The notes: a model not told the origin generated them from the letters alone. Positions 10,163 through 20,381 are shown, numbered from the stretch's first letter. The stretch: 64,000 bases of DNA from Verrucomicrobiota bacterium (GCA_049517295.1 JBEKSF010000014.1:73-64072); one strand, 5' to 3'. Numbers and translations: made by a program.

Positions 10163-11670
10163 AATCCAAAGCCCCGGGCCAGGGCGTAATAGACCTCGTT
10201 GGCGCGCAATTCCTTGCGGAACTCGCGCAAGTTGGTCTTGTCATCAATAATAACAGTTTCAATTCCCGTGATGTTGCCAAAATCCTCCAGCATTTCCGTG
10301 GTGACCGCCGGGCTGAAGCCGGTGTGGTGGGCGCCTCCGGCGTAAATCCATGCGGTGGCGGCGGTCGGCACATCGGGTTTGCAAATCCAGACCGCGCGGG
10401 CGACGGGGAGCTTGGGCAGCGGTTTATCCGGGCGGACGACCTCGACCTCGTTGACCAGGAGGCGGAAACGGGATCCCATGTCAATCATGGAAGCATTAAC
10501 GGCCTGACCGGGGGGCGTGTCAAATACCAGGCGCACGGGGTCGGCCTTGCCGCCGATGCCCAAGGGATGGACTTCGAGCGAGGGGCGGCTTTGGGCGATG
10601 CTGGGACAAATCTCCAGCATGTGCGCGCCAAGCACGCGCATTTTGCCGGGAGCGAGGTGGTAGGTGTAATCCTCCATGAAGGAGGCCCCGCCCTTGAGGC
10701 CGGACGACATCACCTTCATTGCCCGCACCAGGGCGGCTGTCTTCCAATCGCCCTCGGCGCCGAAACCGAAGCCGTCGGCCATGAGGCGCTGGACGGCGAC
10801 GCCAGGCAATTGGCACAGACCGTGCAAGTCTTCAAAAGTGTCGGTGAATCCTTTGAAACCGCCGGCGGTAAGGAATGCGCGCAAGCCGGCCTCGATCCGG
10901 GCGGCCTCGCGCATCGACTCGCGCATGGCGCCGCCGGCGCGCAATTTGGGGGCCACCTTGTAGGCGGCCTCGTATTCCTTGACCAGGCGGTCGATCTGGG
11001 CGTCGGAAACCTGATTGACACATTTGACCAGGTCGCCCATGCCGTAACCATTGACGGAGTAGCCGAACTGGATTTGCGCGGCCACTTTGTCGCCTTCCGT
11101 CACGGCCACCTCGCGCATGTTGTCGCCGAAGCGGCAGAACTTGGCCCCCTGCCAATCGAGCCAGGCGGCGGCGGCGCGGGACCAGGCGCCGATGCGCTCC
11201 TGCACGGCGGGGTCCTGCCAGAAGCCGGCGACGACTTTGCGGTCCAGCCTCATGCGGGACATGATGAAGCCGTGCTCGCGGTCGCCGTGCGCGGCCTGGT
11301 TGAGGTTCATGAAATCCATGTCGATGTCGCTCCAGGGGATGTCGCGGTTGAACTGGGTGTGAAGATGGAGCAGCGGTTTGCACAGGAGGCGCAGGCCGTT
11401 GATCCACATTTTGGAGGGCGAGAAGGTATGGCACCAGGTCATCACCCCGGCGCACTGCGGCGCGTCATTGGCCCGCCGGCAAAGCGCGGTGGCCTCCTCG
11501 GCGCTTTTAATCACCGGCTGGAAGACGATTTTTAGGGGGATGGCGGCGGAGGCATCAAGCGCGGCGGCGACTTGGCGGGCGTTGGCGGCGACTTTTTCGA
11601 GGGCAGCGGGGCCGTAGAGATGTTGGCTGCCGGTGACGAACCAGACTTCGTTATTTTTGAGAGTATTCAT
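10159..11670 (-). CDS. araA: L-arabinose isomerase
   Basis: 503 aa. N-terminus [13 protein letters not shown] and overall AraA-like sequence. It is the first gene of the araABD string. Confidence 0.9.
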   Translation of the reverse strand: MNTLKNNEVWFVTGSQHLYGPAALEKVAANARQVAAALDASAAIPLKIVFQPVIKSAEEATALCRRANDAPQCAGVMTWCHTFSPSKMWINGLRLLCKPLLHLHTQFNRDIPWSDIDMDFMNLNQAAHGDREHGFIMSRMRLDRKVVAGFWQDPAVQERIGAWSRAAAAWLDWQGAKFCRFGDNMREVAVTEGDKVAAQIQFGYSVNGYGMGDLVKCVNQVSDAQIDRLVKEYEAAYKVAPKLRAGGAMRESMREAARIEAGLRAFLTAGGFKGFTDTFEDLHGLCQLPGVAVQRLMADGFGFGAEGDWKTAALVRAMKVMSSGLKGGASFMEDYTYHLAPGKMRVLGAHMLEICPSIAQSRPSLEVHPLGIGGKADPVRLVFDTPPGQAVNASMIDMGSRFRLLVNEVEVVRPDKPLPKLPVARAVWICKPDVPTAATAWIYAGGAHHTGFSPAVTTEMLEDFGNITGIETVIIDDKTNLREFRKELRANEVYYALARGFGL

Positions 11671-11809
11671 GCGAGCGGGAGGTTTCTTAATATATAAGCA
11701 TTGTTAAGTAAAGGGGAAAATAGACCGTTTTTTGTTCCCGTTCAATATGATCAATGACCGATAAGCCGCTCGATGTCGAGGGCGCATTCGACGCTCAAAA
11801 GCACAGTCT

Positions 11810-12931
11810 TCATTTTTTATCCATCATGGGCAGCACCAGGCGTTCGATTCCGGCGGCGGCCAAACCGGCGCTGCGGCGGCGCGGGGCGGAAAGGACTTCG
11901 ATGCGGCCCAGGCGCGCCCACAAGGTTCCGCGTTCAATGGCCGCGGCCAGATAACGGAAAACCGCGGGCGGCAATTCCACCACGCTGCCGGTGACGACCA
12001 CGCGCCGCAATCCGCAAACATTGAGCGCCCCGGCGATGGCGGCGGCGGCGGCCTCCAAACCCTCTGCCAGCCACGGCGCCAGGCCTTCATCGGCGATCAA
12101 CCGCTCCAGAGCCGGCCAGTCCGCCCTGGCGCCGGGCCGGGCGCCGGCAAAACTGCGCAGCAAACCGGAAGTCGAAACGAGCGTTTCCAGGCAGCCAACA
12201 GCGCCGCAACCGCAGGGCCGCTTGTTGCCCAAAACAGGGGTGTGCCCGATCTCGCCGCTGAGCGGCAGCGGGGGCACAAGCAACTTGCCGCCGACGATGG
12301 CCGCGCCGCCAACCCCTTCGCCAAAATCGACCAGCAGGAAATCCTCCTGGGCCGGCTCGGAAACGTGGTGTCCAAGAGCCAAGGCCCGTTCCTCCTGCAC
12401 CAACGCCACCGGCGCGTTCCAGACTTTCTTGATCAGACCTGGCAGCATGTTGCCTTCGGTCCAGTGCAAATTGGGCGAGAAGAGCACGGCGCCCTTGCTC
12501 TCATCGACCACCCCCGGCACGCTGACCAGCACACCCCAAAGGTCTTTGCAAGAGAGGCGCGGGGCGGCTTTGGCAAGCGCCCGCTGCCAGGCAGGCGGCG
12601 TGGCCGGCGTTGGCACCCGCACCGTCCAGTCATCCTCCCCTGGCGCGGCCAGCGGCAACGCCGCCAGACAGGTTTCCGAGACGCCCAACTCAATGGCGAC
12701 AAATCGCGGCCGGAGACCGTCGAGGCGCAGCCGCCGTCCCGGGCGCCCCAAAGCAGCGGCGGCGCCGCGCTGCTCATCAACCTCGCGCAGGAGGCCCAGT
12801 TTGAGGAGATCATCGACGATTTTGCCGGTGGTGGGCTGGCTCAGGCCGAGAGACTTGGCCAATTCGGCGCGCGAGGCCGCGCCCAGGACCTGCAAGCGGG
12901 CCAGGACGGCGCGTTTGTTCAGTTGCCCCAT
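11810..12931 (-). CDS. ROK-family transcriptional regulator (wHTH + sugar-kinase fold)
   Basis: MGQLNKRAVLARLQVLGAASRAELAKSLGLSQPTTGKIVDDL is a MarR-like wHTH. A ROK body follows, with the Zn motif GHTPVLGNKRPCGCGAVGCLE. Start moved to ATG 12931 (alternative 12952), because the ORF-track N-terminal 139 aa is Arg/Pro junk. Confidence 0.8.
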   Translation of the reverse strand: MGQLNKRAVLARLQVLGAASRAELAKSLGLSQPTTGKIVDDLLKLGLLREVDEQRGAAAALGRPGRRLRLDGLRPRFVAIELGVSETCLAALPLAAPGEDDWTVRVPTPATPPAWQRALAKAAPRLSCKDLWGVLVSVPGVVDESKGAVLFSPNLHWTEGNMLPGLIKKVWNAPVALVQEERALALGHHVSEPAQEDFLLVDFGEGVGGAAIVGGKLLVPPLPLSGEIGHTPVLGNKRPCGCGAVGCLETLVSTSGLLRSFAGARPGARADWPALERLIADEGLAPWLAEGLEAAAAAIAGALNVCGLRRVVVTGSVVELPPAVFRYLAAAIERGTLWARLGRIEVLSAPRRRSAGLAAAGIERLVLPMMDKK

Positions 12932-13179
12932 TTTGGAAGGCACCACGATCATGATACTTAAGAAAACAACGTAATGGGCCGCGAGGCAAGCCCCGGATGA
13001 ATGTTCACGTTCGTTTTTCGCATGATCCGCGTGTTTGACACCGCCAAACGCCCTGCGGGGGCACGCGGCCCGCCTTTTGCGGTCTTGGATTTGGAATGAA
13101 GGCAAAAGCTGTGATTGCGGGGATGAAGCGGATCGGGGACTCGCAGGCGCGCGCCCCGGCCGATAGGCTGTGGGGGGTG

Positions 13180-13677
13180 TTACGGTTTCTTTTCCGGATC
13201 GAGCAAAATCACTTTGAGTTTGCCGGGAGGATGGGTGGGCTGGGTGAAGTTGTCGAGGAGACTGGGGGCGGCGGCGGGGGCGGGCTGCGGCGGAGCGGGT
13301 TGGGACTGGAGGGCGGAATGGAGGGCGCTTTCCACGAGTTGCGTGCAATGGATTTTCACCGGCGGCAGCGGGCCGAGGCCGGGGGCCAATTGTTCGGCGG
13401 ACATGGCAAGGACTTCTTCGGGCGTCTTGCCGCGAATCATCTCGGTGGCCAAGCTGGCGACGGCAATCGCGGTCTCGCAGCCGAAACTCTGGAAGGTCGC
13501 ACGGTCAACAACTTTTTTTCCGGACTCCTGCTTGAATTTGATCCAGAGCCGGATCATGTCGCCACAGGCGGCGCTGCCGGCGGCGCCCACGGCGTCGGCC
13601 CCTTCCAACTCGCCGAGGTTTTTCGGGTCGCGCAGGGCGGCCTCGATGCGTTTTTGAAGATCGTCGTCGGGGTTCAC
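13180..13677 (-). CDS. IscU/NifU-N-type Fe-S scaffold protein with a Pro-rich C-terminal tail
   Basis: All three IscU Cys motifs are present: AACGDMIRLW, FQSFGCETAIAVAS, VKIHCTQLVESA. The ~45-aa tail reads QPAPPQPAPAAAPS…LDPEKKP. The GTG start at 13677 overlaps the upstream stop (GTGA). Confidence 0.7.
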   Translation of the reverse strand: MNPDDDLQKRIEAALRDPKNLGELEGADAVGAAGSAACGDMIRLWIKFKQESGKKVVDRATFQSFGCETAIAVASLATEMIRGKTPEEVLAMSAEQLAPGLGPLPPVKIHCTQLVESALHSALQSQPAPPQPAPAAAPSLLDNFTQPTHPPGKLKVILLDPEKKP

Positions 13678-14219
13678 GTGGAGAGTTCCAGGCGGTAGCG
13701 CGGGATTTTTGGGTCCATTTCGCGCGACCATGCGTCGATGCCGCCGCGCAGGCAACGGACGTTGCGAAAACCCTGGCCGGCAAAGTAAGCGGCGGCATCG
13801 AGACTTTGCTGTCCGCGGTGGTCGCAAATCACCATCAACCCCTCGCGGGGCCAATGGGCGAGGATGTCCTGCATGACGGGCTGGGAGAGAAGAACGGCGC
13901 CGTCGATGTGCGCGGCCTCGAACTCCTCGCGGCTGCGGATATCGACGAGGCGGAGCTGGCCCGCGGCGCGCAGGGCGGCCAAGTCGGCGGGCGCCATCCG
14001 CAACTCCTCGTCCTGTTGGTGGCTGGTCTGGAGATGGGCGATGACCTCGGCCACGTCGAGATTGTTGCGCGCGCACAGGCCGGCCAGCGTTTCGTCCGGC
14101 TGAAAGGCGCAATTGGCGCAGCCGCCGATGTGGTAGCGGCGGAACAAGGCGCGCTGCGCGCCGGGGAAAACCTCCAGCACGCGCCGCAGGGTGCTTGTGG
14201 CATCGATGGGATCGCTCAT
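13674..14219 (-). CDS. DUF1858 (redox-disulfide domain) - rhodanese fusion protein
   Basis: The N-terminal VLEVFPGAQRALFRRYHIGGCANCAF is DUF1858-like. The C-terminal rhodanese domain has the active-site loop VICDHRGQQS and GGIDAWS. ATG 14219 overlaps the sufS stop (ATGA). Confidence 0.65.
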   Translation of the reverse strand: MSDPIDATSTLRRVLEVFPGAQRALFRRYHIGGCANCAFQPDETLAGLCARNNLDVAEVIAHLQTSHQQDEELRMAPADLAALRAAGQLRLVDIRSREEFEAAHIDGAVLLSQPVMQDILAHWPREGLMVICDHRGQQSLDAAAYFAGQGFRNVRCLRGGIDAWSREMDPKIPRYRLELST

Positions 14220-15451
14220 TCGCCAAAGAAATGTTGAATTTCGGCCAGGACTTCGGCCAGGCGGTCCACTTCCGCCGGGGTGTTGTAGAAATAGAAACTG
14301 GCGCGGGCGGTGGATTCGACGCCGAGCTTTCTCATCAGCGGCTGGTTGCAATGGTGCCCGCCGCGCAAGGCGACACCGCGCTGATCGGCCACCGTGACGA
14401 CATCGTGCGCGTGGATGTTGCGCAGGAGAAAGCTGACCACGCCGGCGTGGCCCTGGCGCGGGCCGAACAAGCGGATGCCGGGCAGGCGCGAGAGTTTGTC
14501 CAGCGCGCGCGCGGCCAAATCCTCGTCATGGCGGGCGATATGCTGGCAGCCGATGGCCGAGAGGTAATCCAGGGCCGCGCCCAGGCCGATGGCGGCGGCG
14601 AAATCGGGGGTGCCGGCCTCGAATTTGTGGGGCGGATCCTTAAAGGTGCTGTGGAAGAAATCGACGCTGGAAATCATGTCGCCACCGCCGTGAAAGGGCG
14701 GCATTTGCGCAAGGATTTCGCCGCGGCCATAAAGAACGCCGCTGCCCGTTGGCCCGCACACCTTGTGGCCGGAGAAAGCGAGGAAGTCGCAGCCCACTTC
14801 CCGCACATCGACAGGGCGGTGCCCGACGCTCTGGGCGGCATCGACGAGGGTGACGATGCCGCGGCGGCGGGCGCGGGCGCACAATTCGGCCACGGGATTG
14901 ACCGTGCCCAGAGTGTTGGAAACATGGGTGAAGGCGAAGAGCTTGACAGTGCCGTCAAACAAACGATCCAAACCGGACAGGTCCAGCAGCCCGTCGTCGC
15001 CCGTCACCGGCACGTAGGCCAGTTTGGCGCCAGTCCGTTCGGCCAGCAATTGCCAGGGGACGATGTTGCTGTGATGCTCCATTTCCGTCAGCAATATGGT
15101 GTCGCCGCTGTGGATATTCTTCGCTCCCCAAGTGTAGGCGACCAGGTTGATGCCTTCGGTTGTGCCCCGGACGAAGATGATTTCGGCGGGCTCGCGAGCG
15201 TTGAGGAAGCGGGCCGCGCGGTCGCGGGCGGCCTCGAAAGCGACGGTGGCGCGGCGGCTCAACTCGTGGATGCCGCGATGGACGTTGCTGTTGTCGTGCC
15301 GGTAGAAATGATCCAGGGCCTCAAGCACGGCGCGCGGCTTTTGGGAGGTGGCGGCGTTGTCAAGATAAACGAGGGGAAAGCCGTGGACCTGTTGCCGGAG
15401 GATGGGAAAATCCGCCCGCAGCGCTTCCCAATCTGGCGGTTTCGGCGTCAC
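14216..15451 (-). CDS. sufS: Cysteine desulfurase SufS (class V aminotransferase, group II)
   Basis: Motifs VYLDNAATSQKP, the PLP-Lys region AFSGHKVCGPTG, and RGGHHCNQPL. The GTG start at 15451 overlaps the sufT stop (GTGA). The ORF-track start at 15601 lies inside sufT. Confidence 0.9.
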   Translation of the reverse strand: MTPKPPDWEALRADFPILRQQVHGFPLVYLDNAATSQKPRAVLEALDHFYRHDNSNVHRGIHELSRRATVAFEAARDRAARFLNAREPAEIIFVRGTTEGINLVAYTWGAKNIHSGDTILLTEMEHHSNIVPWQLLAERTGAKLAYVPVTGDDGLLDLSGLDRLFDGTVKLFAFTHVSNTLGTVNPVAELCARARRRGIVTLVDAAQSVGHRPVDVREVGCDFLAFSGHKVCGPTGSGVLYGRGEILAQMPPFHGGGDMISSVDFFHSTFKDPPHKFEAGTPDFAAAIGLGAALDYLSAIGCQHIARHDEDLAARALDKLSRLPGIRLFGPRQGHAGVVSFLLRNIHAHDVVTVADQRGVALRGGHHCNQPLMRKLGVESTARASFYFYNTPAEVDRLAEVLAEIQHFFGE

Positions 15452-16005
15452 ATCAAACCCAGTTCCAGCCTTGCGGCATCGGTGAGCATTTCCCGGCTCC
15501 AGGGCGGGTCCCAAACCAGGAACACGGCCGCTTCCTTGACACCGGGAATGTTGAAGACTTTGGCCTCGACATCCTGTTGCAGAACGGGGCCCATGCCGCA
15601 TCCGGGAGCCGTCAGTGTCATTTTGATTTCCACCCGTTTCCCGCCATCGGGCAGGGGCAGGATTTGCAGGTCGTAGATCAGGCCCAGATCGACGATGTTG
15701 ACCGGAATCTCCGGATCGTAACAGGTGCGGAGCTGGTCCATGACCCGTTCCTCAGTGACGCCGGCAGGGGCCGTCGTCGCGGCGGGTTCGGAGGCTGGGA
15801 CGGCGGGAGCGGGGGGCGGGTCCTTGCCCAGCGCATCGGCGTCGCGCGCGTCGATGCGCGCCATGTTGCCGTGGATGATGACGGTGAAACTGCCGCCCAG
15901 CGACTGGGTAATGACCACCGGTTCGCCCGCTTGGAGGGAGATGCGGGTGCCGGCGGGAATCAGGACCGCCTCGCAATCGCGCCTTAAGATAATCTCGTCG
16001 CTCAT
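15448..16005 (-). CDS. sufT: SUF-system Fe-S assembly protein SufT (long form, DUF59/MIP18 C-terminal domain)
   Basis: The DUF59 core is YDPEIPVNIVDLGLIYD…MTLTAPGCGMG. The N-terminal extra domain (MSDEIILRRDCEAVLIPAG…) resembles long SufT. ATG 16005 overlaps the sufU stop (ATGA). Confidence 0.75.
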   Translation of the reverse strand: MSDEIILRRDCEAVLIPAGTRISLQAGEPVVITQSLGGSFTVIIHGNMARIDARDADALGKDPPPAPAVPASEPAATTAPAGVTEERVMDQLRTCYDPEIPVNIVDLGLIYDLQILPLPDGGKRVEIKMTLTAPGCGMGPVLQQDVEAKVFNIPGVKEAAVFLVWDPPWSREMLTDAARLELGLM

Positions 16006-16481
16006 GGCTTGTGTTCGGTGGTCGCGCGGGCTTGGCCGTTGAGGGCGGCCAGCACGGCGTGCCAGGGCAAAATGGCGCATTTGACGCGCATGGGGAAGTG
16101 ATGAACGCCGGCGAAGGCGCATAATTTGCCCATGACTTCCTCGTCCATCGCGCCGGTGGTCACGAGGTTCTGGAATTGAGCGAAGGCGGTTCGGGCCTCG
16201 TCGGCGGACTTGCCCTTGAGGCGGTCGGTCATCATCGAGGCGGAGGCCTTTGAAATGCAGCAGCCCGAACCCTGGAAAGAGATGTCGCGAATCACGCCGC
16301 CTTCGATCTGGAGGTAAATGGTGAAGTTGTCGCCGCACAGCGGGTTTTTCCCCTCGACGGTCTGAGTGGCGCCGGGCAGGAGGCGGAAATTGCACGGCTT
16401 GCGGCAGTGATCGAGAATGACCTGCTGGTAAAGTTCGCTCAGTTCGTCGGCCACCGGGTCCTCCGTCACATTGGCGCGCAT
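16002..16481 (-). CDS. sufU: SufU-type (Zn-dependent) sulfur-transfer/scaffold protein
   Basis: Motifs NPLCGDNFTIYL, GSGCCISKASASMM and RVKCAILPWHA. Confidence 0.8.
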   Translation of the reverse strand: MRANVTEDPVADELSELYQQVILDHCRKPCNFRLLPGATQTVEGKNPLCGDNFTIYLQIEGGVIRDISFQGSGCCISKASASMMTDRLKGKSADEARTAFAQFQNLVTTGAMDEEVMGKLCAFAGVHHFPMRVKCAILPWHAVLAALNGQARATTEHKP

Positions 16482-17794
16482 TCAAACCTCTCGGTCAGAA
16501 GCCGGTCCAATTGTTCCCGCAGCGCCGGGATGGTGATGCGTCCGACAACGTCGCTGGCGAAGGCGTGGATGAGCATGCGGCGGGCGTGGGCGGCGCCGAT
16601 GCCGCGCGAGCGCAGGTAGAACATCGCCTCCTCGTTCAATTGCCCGATGGTCGCGCCGTGGGTGCATTTGACATCGTCGGCGAAAATCTCCAATTGCGGT
16701 TTGGTGTCGATGACCGCGTCGTCGGAAAGGAGCAGGTTGCGATTGGTTTGCTTGGCGTTGGTTTTCTGGGCGTCGGGCCGGACAAATATCTTGCCATTGA
16801 AAACGCCGCGGGACCGGTCGGCGAGAATGCCGTGGTAAAACTCGTGGCTTTCGCAGTGCGGTTGGACGTGATCGACGACGGTGTGATGATCGATCAACTG
16901 TTCGCCCCGCCCCAAATAGAGTCCGTTCAAAATCGCCTCCGCCCCTTCGCCATCCAGGCGCGTTTGGATTTGGTTGCGGGCCAGGCGCGCGCCGGTCACG
17001 ATGGAATGGGACACCCAGTGGCTGTCCCTTTCCTGCGCGGCTTGGACGGTGGCGAAATGGAAAGCACGTTCGTTTTCATTTTGCAGGCGCCCATGTTCAA
17101 CGCGCGCGCCGGCCGCCAGCACCAGTTCCGTCACCGCGTTGGTCACGTGCGGGGCCGGCGTGAGGCTGGCATAAGTTTCCATTACTTTCAGCGCGGCGCC
17201 TTTTTGCGCGACAATGAGATTGCGCGCGTGAACCGTGGCGCCGGGTCGATCGGAGGCGGCGACATAGAGCAACTGGACAGGCTGCCCGACCGTCACGCCC
17301 TCCGCGACAAAGACAAACGCGCCGTCCGCGAAAAACGCCGTGTTCAGCGCGGCGAAGAAATTCCCGGCCACGGCGGCGTGGCGGGCCAGGTGCTTGTCCA
17401 ATTCACGCCCGCCGCCGGCCATAAGCGCCCGCAAGCTGGCCGCCTCCAATCCCGGCGCGCCCGGCAGAGAGGACAAATCGTGGCGAAAGGCGCCATCGAC
17501 AAAAACCAGGCAGTGGCCATCCTTGGCCAACCGGAACGGCTCGATGTCACGCAGAGTGACCAGCCGCCCGTTTTGTTTGGCGGAGTGCAGCGGCAACTCC
17601 AGCAGCGGCGCCACGTTAGTAAAGCGCCAGTCTTCCTGGTGGGTGTTGGGAAAACCGGTTTCTCCCAGTTGCTGGCGCGCCGCTTCGCGCAGGGACTCCA
17701 GCCAGGGCGGATTGGCCGCCGGATGAAGCGCAAAAGCGCCCAGCGCGGCCGCCAGAGGATCGCGCGCCGGAGTTGATGTGAGCGTGTCCGTCAT
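16466..17794 (-). CDS. sufD: Fe-S cluster assembly protein SufD
   Basis: SufBD-family C-terminal beta-helix (…TKPQLEIFADDVKCTHGATIGQL…YLRSRGI…). ATG 17794 overlaps the sufC stop (ATGA). Confidence 0.85.
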   Translation of the reverse strand: MTDTLTSTPARDPLAAALGAFALHPAANPPWLESLREAARQQLGETGFPNTHQEDWRFTNVAPLLELPLHSAKQNGRLVTLRDIEPFRLAKDGHCLVFVDGAFRHDLSSLPGAPGLEAASLRALMAGGGRELDKHLARHAAVAGNFFAALNTAFFADGAFVFVAEGVTVGQPVQLLYVAASDRPGATVHARNLIVAQKGAALKVMETYASLTPAPHVTNAVTELVLAAGARVEHGRLQNENERAFHFATVQAAQERDSHWVSHSIVTGARLARNQIQTRLDGEGAEAILNGLYLGRGEQLIDHHTVVDHVQPHCESHEFYHGILADRSRGVFNGKIFVRPDAQKTNAKQTNRNLLLSDDAVIDTKPQLEIFADDVKCTHGATIGQLNEEAMFYLRSRGIGAAHARRMLIHAFASDVVGRITIPALREQLDRLLTERFECAPM

Positions 17795-18555
17795 GGCTTT
17801 CCGTTGCCGGAGTCCGATTCCAAGAGCCATTCGTAGCCGCGGCTCTCCAATTCCAGGGCCAGTTCCTTGCCGCCGGACTTGACGATTTGCCCCTTGACCA
17901 GGACGTGGACGAAGTCGGGCACGATGTAATTGAGCAACCGCTGATAATGCGTGATGACCAGCGTGGCGTTGTCCGGACGGCGCAATTTGTTGACGCCGGC
18001 CGCCACGACTTTCAGGGCGTCGATGTCCAGGCCGGAATCGGTTTCATCGAGAATGGCCAGCTTGGGTTCAAGGACGGCCATCTGGAAAATCTCGTTGCGT
18101 TTTTTTTCGCCGCCGGAGAAACCCTCGTTGACGGGCCGGTTGAGGAGGGCGGGGTCAAGCTCCAGCAGTTTGGTCTTCTTCTTGACGAGCGCCAGGAAGT
18201 CGAAGCCGTCCAATTCCGGCAGGCCGCGGGCCTTGCGGCATTCGTTGAAGGCGGCTTTGAGGAACACAGTGCTGTTGACGCCGGGAATTTCCACCGGGTA
18301 TTGGAAGGCGAGAAAAACGCCCGCGCGCGCGCGGTCCTCCGGTTTCATTGCCAGCAGGTCGCCGCCGTTGTAAGTGACGGTGCCGCCGGTGACTTCATAA
18401 TCGGCGCGTCCGGCCAGCACGCCGGCGAGGGTGCTTTTGCCGCTGCCGTTGGGACCCATGATCGCGTGGATCTCGCCCGCCTTGACTGAAAGAGTCAGGC
18501 CCTTGAGGATCTCCTTGCCGTCCACGCCGGCGGATAGATTGTGAATTTCAAGCAT
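17791..18555 (-). CDS. sufC: Fe-S cluster assembly ATPase SufC
   Basis: Walker A GPNGSGKST, ABC signature FSGGEKKR, Walker B LAILDETDSGLD. Confidence 0.95.
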   Translation of the reverse strand: MLEIHNLSAGVDGKEILKGLTLSVKAGEIHAIMGPNGSGKSTLAGVLAGRADYEVTGGTVTYNGGDLLAMKPEDRARAGVFLAFQYPVEIPGVNSTVFLKAAFNECRKARGLPELDGFDFLALVKKKTKLLELDPALLNRPVNEGFSGGEKKRNEIFQMAVLEPKLAILDETDSGLDIDALKVVAAGVNKLRRPDNATLVITHYQRLLNYIVPDFVHVLVKGQIVKSGGKELALELESRGYEWLLESDSGNGKP

Positions 18556-18607
18556 CTGCGTTGTTCATTCCTGTTGTCGTTTGCGGAGAATCGGCGCGGC
18601 GCGGCTC

Positions 18608-20062
18608 TCAGCCCACGCTGCCTTCCAGGCTGATGCCGAGCAGCTTTTGGGCCTCGACGGCGAATTCCATCGGCAGGTGGTTGAACACTTCCTTGCAATA
18701 ACCGTTGACGATCATGTTCACCGCGTCCTGCGTCGATATGCCGCGTTGATTGCAATAGAAAATCTGGTCCTCCCCAATCTTGGAGGTTGAGGCTTCGTGC
18801 TCGACGGTCGCCGTGCTGTTGCGCACTTCCAGATAGGGAAAGGTGTGCGCGCCGCATTTGTCGCCCAGCAAGAGGGAATCGCACTGCGAATAGTTGCGCG
18901 CGCCGGCGGCGCTCCTTTGAATCTTCACCAGACCGCGATAACTGTTCTGCCCATGTCCGGCCGAAATGCCCTTGGAGACGATGGTGCTGCTGGTGTTTTT
19001 TCCGATGTGAATCATCTTCGTTCCCGTGTCCGCCTGCTGCCGGTGGTTGGTCAGGGCGACGGAATAAAACTCGCCGGCGGAATTGTCCCCTTGCAGGATG
19101 ACGCCGGGATATTTCCACGTGATGGCCGAACCGGTTTCGACCTGCGTCCAAGAGATTTTGGAATTGCGGCCGGCGCATTTGCCGCGCTTGGTCACAAAAT
19201 TGTAAATGCCGCCCCGGCCCTCCTCGTCGCCCGGATACCAGTTCTGCACGGTGGCATATTTGATCTCGGCGTTGTCCAGCGCGATCAATTCCACCACCGC
19301 CGCGTGCAGTTGGTTGGTGTCGCGCATGGGCGCTGTGCAGCCTTCGAGGTAGCTGACGTAGCTGCCCTCCTCGGCGACGATGAGCGTGCGCTCGAATTGG
19401 CCGGCGCCGGCGGTGTTGATGCGAAAGTAAGTGGACAACTCCATGGGGCAGCGGACGCCTTTGGGCACGTAACAAAATGAGCCGTCACTGAAGACCGCCG
19501 AGTTGAGCGCCGCGAAGAAATTATCATTCGGGGGCACGACGGTGCCCAGGTATTTCTTGACAAGGTCGGGATGGTTCCTGACCGCCTCGCTGAACGAGCA
19601 AAAAATGATCCCCTGCCGGCCCAGTTCCTCCTTGAACGTCGTGGCCACCGAGGCGCTGTCCAGCACCGCGTCCACGGCCACGCCGGAGAGGCGTTTTTGC
19701 TCATCGAGAGAAATGCCCAGTTTCTCGAAGGTGGCGCGCGTGGCCGGATCGACCTCGTCCAGGCTGCCCAGTTTTTTCTTCGGCTTGGGGGCGGCATAAT
19801 AGATGTAGGCCTGGTAATCAATGGGCGGATATTGGACGTTGGGCCAATGCGGTTCGGTCATGGTCTGCCAATGCCGGTAGGCCTTCAGGCGCCACTCCAG
19901 CATGAATGGCGGCTCGCCCTTTTTCAGCGAGATGCCGCGCACGACCTCTTCGCTCAGCCCCGGCGGGAAGGCGTCGGTGTCGATGTCGCTGACAAACCCG
20001 TACTTATATTCGGATTTAACGAAACTATCAATTGTGTCGGTCGTGGCATCCATATCGGACAA
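18608..20062 (-). CDS. sufB: Fe-S cluster assembly protein SufB
   Basis: 484 aa with classic SufB sequence (YKYGF…, …[16 protein letters not shown]…, [13 protein letters not shown]). Confidence 0.95.
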   Translation of the reverse strand: MSDMDATTDTIDSFVKSEYKYGFVSDIDTDAFPPGLSEEVVRGISLKKGEPPFMLEWRLKAYRHWQTMTEPHWPNVQYPPIDYQAYIYYAAPKPKKKLGSLDEVDPATRATFEKLGISLDEQKRLSGVAVDAVLDSASVATTFKEELGRQGIIFCSFSEAVRNHPDLVKKYLGTVVPPNDNFFAALNSAVFSDGSFCYVPKGVRCPMELSTYFRINTAGAGQFERTLIVAEEGSYVSYLEGCTAPMRDTNQLHAAVVELIALDNAEIKYATVQNWYPGDEEGRGGIYNFVTKRGKCAGRNSKISWTQVETGSAITWKYPGVILQGDNSAGEFYSVALTNHRQQADTGTKMIHIGKNTSSTIVSKGISAGHGQNSYRGLVKIQRSAAGARNYSQCDSLLLGDKCGAHTFPYLEVRNSTATVEHEASTSKIGEDQIFYCNQRGISTQDAVNMIVNGYCKEVFNHLPMEFAVEAQKLLGISLEGSVG

Positions 20063-20132
20063 ATTTAGTCCGCTTCAAGGATAAGCCAGCGGCGTAAGAT
20101 GTCAACGTCCCCGGACAGAAAGATAGTGGGGC

Positions 20133-20381
20133 TTAAGGGGTTGAAGGGGGCTGGGCATCGAGACGAGTCCATCGCATCGTTAGAAACCCACTCAGACGGC
20201 GTTGATCATCCTCGGGCAATGCCGAATTGCCGGCGGCTTCCTCGATTTTGGGAATCGTGACCGCCGCCCGTATTTGGAACCCCAGCTTCTTTTCAAGTTT
20301 CCGGTTGCGTGTGTTTTGACTCGCGGAAATCAATCGTTCGACATTCCAGAGGGCGTTGCGGATATCCGCTTGCTCTATAGT
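20133..20381 (-). pseudogene. Possible relic of a GNAT (RimJ/RimL-like) acetyltransferase, C-terminal fragment only
   Basis: The open frame …ERLISASQNTRNRKLEKKLGFQ… resembles the conserved N-x-x-S-x-x-L-x-E-K-L-G-F segment of Acetyltransf_3 proteins. An in-frame stop lies ~16 codons upstream of the TTG, and there is no N-terminal half. Confidence 0.3.

Noticed and set aside
11671-11809. A near-palindromic AT-rich element (cttaatatataag) upstream of araA, as a possible ROK operator or promoter.
   Set aside because: It is only an imperfect palindrome and occurs once. Without a known binding consensus for this regulator or comparative data, it cannot be supported.
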